From the NCBI RefSeq assembly GCF_009914755.1, contig NC_060931.1: DNA of 64,000 bases; one strand, 5' to 3'. The position numbers were made by a program, and so were the translations under genes. Shown one piece after another: positions 50,821 through 64,000 of this stretch. Below the pieces are notes generated by a model that was not told where the DNA came from, ran no database searches, and worked only from the letters and a program-made list of their open reading frames with translations. The DNA is from the human T2T-CHM13v2.0 reference genome, Homo sapiens. The stretch's first letter is position 1, and the number at the start of each line of letters is the position of its first letter.

Positions 50821-53349
50821 ACCTTTTCAAACTGGAAATGAAATAGTGGACCCAAACAGATACTTTCAGAAGAGTTGATGATTTACTAGCAAACAAAATC
50901 CTTACAAATTCTTAAAGCAGAGGCCAGGCACAGTGGTTCACACCTGTAATCCCAGCACTTTGGGAGGCTGAGGCGGGTGGATCACCTGAGGTCAGGAGTT
51001 CGAGACCAGCCTGGCCAACACGATAAATCCCTGTCTCTATTTAAAATACAAAAGTTAGCTGGGGGTGGCGGTGGGCACCTGTAAAAGTAGATGAAGAGGG
51101 GTTGGGCGCCCCCACAGATTCACCACATTTAATGAGTCCTCTATGATTGGGTATAGAAATTTTGTCAATTAGAAGTAAAACTGTGATGCAATCTCTCTAG
51201 CTGTTTGGTATCTTTAATTATATTGAAACCTATTTCCCTTTTCCTTAAGTCAAGTTCCAAGAAGTAGAATTACTACATGGGTCTAAGAGTATGCACATTT
51301 CTAAGGCTATTAAAACGTGGGTCTCCAGGAAGCTTGTAGCAAGACCATGCCATCTGTTCCTTTAATTAGCCCATGTTCCACCTGAACACTTCCTTACCAC
51401 GAAGGGGTAAATAAGTTCCCTTTTATCTCTTATTTTAGTCCATGATTTCCCCATTCCTGACTTCCTGTGGAAATACAGACAATGGAAGGGTCCCTCTGAG
51501 CTCTTAGTTTGCCAGCCTGTGAGATGAGCTTATGACCCATCTCTCTCCTTGGTAGCTGTGAGGCATGAGGACAGCAGTAGTGGGCAGAGCCTTCCATGAG
51601 GACATGGGCCTTGGTCCAGTCCACTCTGGGATGCCCTTGGCTAAAATCAGCTCCCTGCGAGCCTCATGCACCAGAGGCAGTGCACTACCTGCTCCCACAA
51701 CTAGGGAACAGTGCTATTCTCCCCCGTTTGTTGGCGTCCACCTCTAGAATGCCCATCGGGTTGATTATGATGTTTCTGGACATCTTCTTGTACTTCCCAA
51801 CCCACAGTGAGATGGTGAGCTGGCTGGGGCACCGTGTGTACATGAAGGTCTCACTGTCCCACTTTTTCCATTCCAAACACCTACAATCACAGGACAGAGG
51901 CTAAGCTGGCCCCACAAGGGATCCCAAGAGCAGCTCACAGCCCTGCTTTCAGAAAGAGGGAGCTGGGAAACAAACCCAAATCCAGGCACTGGGAGAAACA
52001 AAACAAGGAAGAGTCCCCCTGTTACTTCCTTGGCTAATGAGGCCTGCAGAAAAGCTAACAAGTTGCTACACCACAAGGCAGAATGAAGAAAGAACTAGAA
52101 TATAAGAGCAAGGTGTTTTGAAAACATTAATTCCTTTTTTTTTGAGACAGAGTTTTGCTCTTGTTGCCCAGGCTGAAGTGGAATGGCGTGACCTCGGCTC
52201 ACTGCAACCTCTACCTCCGGGATTCAAGTGATTCTCCTGCCTTAGCTCCCTGAGAAGCTGGGACTACAGGCATGTGCCACCAAGCCCGGCTAATTTTTTG
52301 TATTTTTAGTAGAGACGGGGTTTCACCATGTTGGCCAGGTTGGTCTTGAACTCCTGACCTCAGGTGATCCACCTGCCTCGGCTTCCCAAATTGCTGGGAT
52401 TACAGGTGTGAGCCAAGGTGCCCAGCCTGAAAACATAAATCCTAACTGGGAAGTTTGAAAAAGGTTTTGTAATGATAGTAGTGATTGTAAAAAAACATTA
52501 CCACTACTGGGTATCCTCACTGTGCTATGTGTCTACTGCACACTGTCTTGTTTGATTCTCACAACAATCCCAGGAAGTTAGGATGACACCATTTTGTAGA
52601 TGAGGAAACTCAGTGGCAAAATAACTTGATCAAGGTCACATAACTAGTAAATGGCAAAGCCCAGATTCATAGCCAGGATTGTTGAATTTCAGGTCTGGAA
52701 GAATCGATGGGCTCACGGTAATAGTCCATAGGATAATAGCTAACACTTATTGAGGCTTGTTACATGCCAAGCCCTGTTCTAAACATTTGTATGTGCTAAC
52801 TCATTTATCACCTTGAGGGAAAGAAAAGGGGCAAGGAAGGACCACCAAGCCAATGAAAGAAAGAGCTTTTGCAAAACCTCTAATGTAAGTGACTAGAGCT
52901 CAAACACAGAGAACAAATGTCCCAGGATGACAAGCCCATTAGGAACACGGAAGGAAGTGTTCCCTTCCTACTGAGATGAACAAGAGCAGGAAAAGTGGAG
53001 ATCTGTTGTTTTGACCTGTGACCACCCATTTTTTTTTGAGACAGGGTCTCACTCTGTCATTCAGGCTGGAGTGCAGTAGGGTGATATCAGCTCACTGAAA
53101 CCTCCGCCTCCCAGGTTCAAGAGGTTCTCTTTCCTCAGCTTCCCGAGTATCTGGGATTACAGGTGTTTGCCACCACGCCTGGTGAATTTTTGTATTTTTA
53201 GTAGAGACAGGGTTTCTCCATGTTGGCCACACTGGTCTTGAGCTCCTGACCTCAAGTGATTTGCCCGCCTCAGCCTCCCAAAGTGCTGGGATTACAGGTA
53301 TGAGCCACTGTGCCCAGCCCCTCTTCATCTACTTCTAACAATCCCTGTC

Positions 53350-53775
53350 TTCCTTTGGCTCAGGTAAGGCTAATTCTACTCACTGTGCCCCAGAAGGCAC
53401 ATGACTAAAGGATGATTTTATCCTCCTGGCCACAGAGACAGGTTTAGAGACAGGCCTATGACCCAAATCAAGCCAACAAGACTGGTTCTAGGAAAGGCAC
53501 TCTGCCTTTGTGGGAGTTGCTAAGCTGGTTGACTGTAAGCCAGGAAACTTCTGGGGCCTCTACAGGAAGACAGGCTGCAAAGAATGAAGTCAACCTAGAG
53601 AAAAGCAGAGACAAGAAATGGCAGATGTATGAAAAGATGGAAATGGGGAAGAGAAGGATCCTGGATCCAGCCATGCCTGATCCAGTTTTACTCCTGGACT
53701 TTAAAATCCCTTCTTGCTCAAGCAAGTATGATTTTAGCTTCTTTTACTTGCAACCAAAAGTCTGGTCAAATACTG
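53350..53775 (+). mobile_element. MLT1-type LTR, old
   Basis: atgacccaa..gccaa..ggatccagccatgcctga..acttgcaaccaaaag. Confidence 0.55.
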
Positions 53776-55417
53776 GTCAGGCCTCCTAGAGAAAATTGCA
53801 CTGGAGCTGGCCAGGCAAACAGCTCCACATGGAAAAGGGCTTTCCTACTATAAGAGGCCAGGGAGCTGAGAGGGGGCAGGTGTTGATGAAGGGATTCTTG
53901 TGAGTAAGGGGTGAAGGAACAAGTGGTCGAATTCCATGGCCAAACATGCCTCCCTTCCCATCTCTGCAGTCCCAGGACTTGATACAACCCCAGAGGTGGG
54001 AGGGACTGAGTTGGGGCACTGTATTTAAGCTGGAGAGTCACATGAAGTGAATGCAGAAGTCAGAAAGCCTGAGGCACTGGGTGGATTGGATCCTGACTAG
54101 AGCCAGCCAAGATTTTAGGCAGGGAGCCAATGCCATGAAAGCCCACTCTTGGGACTATGTGTAGGTCAAAGAGAGGTGAGAGGTACCTGGAAAAAGGGCA
54201 ACTGGTCAGACAGCTATTACAACAGGCCAGGGATGAGGCAACAGGACCAGAACTACAGGAGGGAAGGGAATGGATGGGAAAAAATCGTCAAGAATTTTGG
54301 CTCTGAAATCAGGGTAATCTGGATTCCAGCCCCATTGACTAGCTAGGCCATCCTGGACACACGACTCACAGCCAGAAACTCAATTTTCCCCATTTGTAAA
54401 ACCGGCACAAGACCTACCAGGGTTGCTGTGAGCATTAGAAATAATGGACATCAATGGCTCATGGCAGGTCCAGGGCAGTGGCTAGTCCAGCTGGGACTCT
54501 TGTCTTCCTGCCCACAGTGAACCCTGCAGTTTAGTTGAGGTTAAGAAGTGCTGACTAGGCTGCTTGGAGCCAGGCCTCATTGGCCAGAGGTGAGTCAGAT
54601 AAGTGTCCCTGATTTCCAAGAGCTCATACTCTGATGGAGGAGACAGGAAGAAAAATGGAGAATCTAAACTCGTGGAAATAGCTGGGAAAGAGGATGCAAT
54701 TGAGGAGAAAGGGTAGGCAGGGCACTGGGGCTAAGACTGTGACCGGCAGAACCAAGGGCAGCAGGCAAAGCGCTTCGAGACTCTGCCTTCCCCCAACCAG
54801 ATCCGAGGTCTCATCCCTCATAGAAGCGGCTCTCCCCATCCATGTTCAGGCTCTTGCTGCAGCACCCGAAGCGGAGCTCACAGAATACAGAGGCTGCTAT
54901 GCCTATGGAAGGGTGGCAGCAGGAAACAGAAGCTCTCTGCAACCTGATGCCAGCAAGAAAGGAACAGAAGGAGGGGCAGCGGGAGCCAAGAAACAGCCCA
55001 GGACCCAAAACCAGGCCAGCCCTGGACGCAGAATAGGCTCCAGCTGGGACATGGAACAACTGCACCTGTCAAGGAGTGAACCCTCCATCACCAGAGACGG
55101 TGAGGCTCTTCCCTCCGGATCCTGGACTGAGTTCCACCTTTTAACTTTAGTCCTCTCCTCTAAACCCGACAGAAGCACCTTGCTCAAAACTCAAACCTGG
55201 CAGCAAGGCCCCTCTCCAACCTAGCTCCAAGCTGGCTTTCGAATCTTCTCCTCCTCCTGCCCTACGCTTTCTCCTTTCCCGGCCTTTGCTCATACCATTC
55301 CTTCCACCCACACACCTTCGCCCAATCATTTCCTCCATTTCCCAATCGCTAGGCCCAGTTCCGCCTCCCGGAAGCCTTTCCTCCTTCTGAGACGCTGGGG
55401 CCTGGTGAGTTACCTGA

Positions 55418-55688
<271 letters not shown>

Positions 55689-55979
55689 TGATCTGCCCGC
55701 CTCGGCCTCCCAAAGTGCTGGGATTACAGGCGTGAGCCACTGCACCCGGCCTATCTTAGCATTCTTTATATCCGCCCCAGGTACCCGCACATGCCCTGCA
55801 CACAGCTAACATCGGGGCAATGTTGTGCTCCTCTGTTGCCTTTGCCTGTTCTGTTCCCCCCGCACCTTTTTTTTTTTTTTTAATTTATTTGGTTCCAATC
55901 GCCCTCCAATGCCAGCTCTCCATGAAGTCCTGACTCCCTCCTGCACCGCACCTCCCTTGCTGCCTTAAGTCCCGCTGTC

Positions 55980-56700
55980 CCTGTCACCCGTGTTCCCGTG
56001 GCTCTGGGCCCCTGCCACGCCAGGCGTGCTCTTCTGTTTCTGGCTGTCCCACCGGCGATGCTGCGCTTCCACACCACCCGGCGCACAGGCGTTGGTAGAT
56101 GTGGAAGGTACCAAGAGCGGCAGGAGGAAGGGGCGCGCGGACACCCAGCCCCTTCCCGCGCACCCAGAGCAGGAAGAGCAGCGCGCACCCGGTCAGCGAC
56201 GCGGCGGGCTCCACTGTGGCGCGCGCACTCCGAGCACGGAGGGCTGCAGGCTCACGCCACCTGGCTCCGCGCCCATCCCAATCCGCACCCGCCGCCCAGG
56301 AACCGGGGCTCACCCTCCGCCTGACAATTGTCTCGGGGTGCCGAGGGTCCGTGGCCCGTTGCCCGGGAGGTGACCACTGAGGAGTCGCGCTGGGGATCGG
56401 ACCAGGAACTCACTGCTTTCATTGGCTGCGGAGGTCAGACCGTCCCACCCTCTTCTCCCCGCCGCCACGGCAAGGCCAGGGCGAAAGGGACAAGTGCGCT
56501 GCTGGGGTCCTCTGCGCTGTGCGGGTCCGGGACTCAGGGTTCCCGGCTGCTATCAAGGCTGCGTAGCTTCCCCCTCCCCTCCTCCTTAGGTGGCAACTTG
56601 TGGACACACCCATTAAGCGGTCAGGCGTCAGGTTTCCTCCCGAGAGGTGGGAGGCGCCCTGGCCTTGATTCATCGTGAAGCTAGGCAGGAGATTTCCCAG
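55980..56700. promoter_or_regulatory. CpG island / putative promoter and first exons of an unidentified duplicated gene fragment
   Basis: Dense CpG and high GC; CCAAT (attggct at 56421-56427); minus-strand donor gca|gtgagt at 56414. Confidence 0.7.
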
Positions 56701-56966
56701 CCACGGAGGGTGGAAAGCTTGCCTTGACCTCAGCAGGTCATGTCACTCCGTGTGCACAAGGCCTCGAGAGGCACTTTTTAAAAATTTTTTGAGGCGGTTT
56801 TCTTTTTTGTCTTTGTCTTTTCTTTTTTTTCTGAGACAGAGACAGAGTCTCGCTCTGTCGCCCAGTCTGGAGTGCAGAGGTGCTTTTCAAAAATTTATTT
56901 GAGCTGCGCGGCAGTCCTGGGCGGTAGGTAGTGGTGAATCTCATGTATTCCCGTTGCAATGCCCTA

Positions 56967-57453
<487 letters not shown>

Positions 57454-57512
57454 CTAATTGAATGAATTAAGCTACACACAGATTAATGTGCATACACACA
57501 CATTTATACACA

Positions 57513-57517
<5 letters not shown>

Positions 57518-57554
<37 letters not shown>

Positions 57555-57578
57555 TTTTTTTTTTTTTTTTTTTTTTTT
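57518..57578. repeat. Compound (TG)n(TA)n(T)n microsatellite in an Alu tail
   Basis: Seen directly. Confidence 0.95.
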
Positions 57579-58199
57579 GAGACGGAGTCTCGCTCTGTCG
57601 CCCAGGCTGAAGTGCAGTGGCACCATCTTTGCTCACTATAACCTCGGTCTCCCGAGTTCAAGCAGTTCTCCTGCCTCAGCCTCCTGAGTAGTTGGAATCA
57701 CAGGCATGTACCACCACATCCGGCTACTTTTTGTATTTTTAGTAGAGACGGGGTTTCACCATGTTGGCCAGGCTAGTCTTGAACACCAGATCTCAAATGA
57801 TCCACCCACCTCAGCCTCCCAAAGTGCTAGGATTACAGGCATAAGCTACCACACCTGGCTTAATCCTATCTATCTGTCTATCTATCTATCTACCTATCTA
57901 CCTACCTCTCCATCCATCCATCTTTTTAGAAGAGATGTGATCTTGCAGTGTTGTCCAGGCTCTGGGCATATATATTTCTTTTTTAACTTTATTATATTAT
58001 TTTTTAATAGAGTTGTCATCTAAGATGTTGCCCAGGATAGTCTCAAACTCCTGTCACTTCATGTGTATTGAGTTTTAGTTTTGCAAGAGAAAAAAATTTT
58101 ACAGATATGTTGCATAACAATGTAAATACACTTAACATGACTGAACTGTATAATAAAATATAAGATTCTAAATTTTATGTTATGTATTTTTACCACAAT

Positions 58200-60000
<1,801 letters not shown>

Positions 60001-60339
60001 AAAATGTGTCATCTGTCCCTGGTGTCCTGGAATTTCTTTGTTTCTTTTTTTGGACGGAGTTTTGCTCTTGTTGCCCAGGCTAGAGTGCAGTGGCACAATC
60101 TTGGCTCGCTACAATCTCGGGCTCCCGGGTTCAAGTGATTCTCTTGCCTTGCCTCCTGAGTAGCTGGGATTACAGGCGCCCGCCACCACACCTAGCTAAT
60201 TTTTGTATTTTTAGTAGAGGGGGGTTTCACCATGTTGGCCAGGCTGGTCTTGAACTCCTGACTTCAGGTGATCCGCCCCCTTCGGCATCCCAAAGTGCTG
60301 GGATTACACGTGTGAGCCACAGCACTTTCTTATGTTATT

Positions 60340-63690
<3,351 letters not shown>

Positions 63691-63835
63691 GCAAAATCCG
63701 TTTGCCCTGGGGACCTTAGCACTGGTCAAGGGAGTAGGCAAAGCTGCCATTTTCTTTCCCTCTGTTCTTCCATCTCCCCCATCAGAATTTTTCTTGGTCT
63801 GCAGGAATAGTCAACAGGTCCAGGCTATGTCCTGT

Positions 63836-63837
<2 letters not shown>

Positions 63838-63878
<41 letters not shown>
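63838..63878. repeat. (CA)n microsatellite
   Basis: Pure dinucleotide run. Confidence 0.95.
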
Positions 63879-63882
<4 letters not shown>

Positions 63883-64000
63883 AGGCTGGCATGGTGTGTA
63901 TGGATAAAACCTGGAATTTAAAAAATTTTTATATTTCCTAAAAGTGGGAAACAGAATTTTCGGCATAATTCTCAGGACTTTGGGCTGGGGAAAGGGTAAG

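Noticed and set aside
56766-56910. Duplicated gaggcactttttaaaaatttt-like motif as a rearrangement junction
   Set aside because: More simply explained as a diverged TSD around a severely 5'-truncated Alu.

Overview
Human-type (primate) genomic DNA with no intact protein-coding gene that I can support. The window is a mosaic of duplicated gene fragments. (1) About 1-20 kb holds five intron-separated exons of an unprocessed INTS4 pseudogene on +, with a mutated acceptor, a nonsense codon and the final INTS4 exons missing. This fits the INTS4P1/INTS4P2 copies in the 7q11.21 KRAB-ZNF cluster; the locus assignment is from recall, not checked. (2) About 23-39 kb holds a probable VN1R relic, ERV/LTR debris, L1 and a ~3 kb AT-only array grown from an Alu tail. 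(3) About 39.8-44.4 kb holds an old, intron-containing FGFR3 pseudogene on - that still has a CpG island at its start codon. An intact solo LTR5_Hs lies ~3 kb upstream in the same orientation. (4) About 48.7-60 kb holds KRAB-ZNF relics flanking an unidentified GC-rich gene fragment with its own CpG island. (5) A full-length SVA lies at 61.5-62.9 kb. Most listed ORFs are Alu, L1 or SVA artefacts. I cannot demonstrate a new biological system. The best candidate for undescribed function is the LTR5_Hs plus FGFR3-pseudogene CpG-island unit. Repeat family names come from recognition of consensus sequences, and unanchored repeat edges are approximate.
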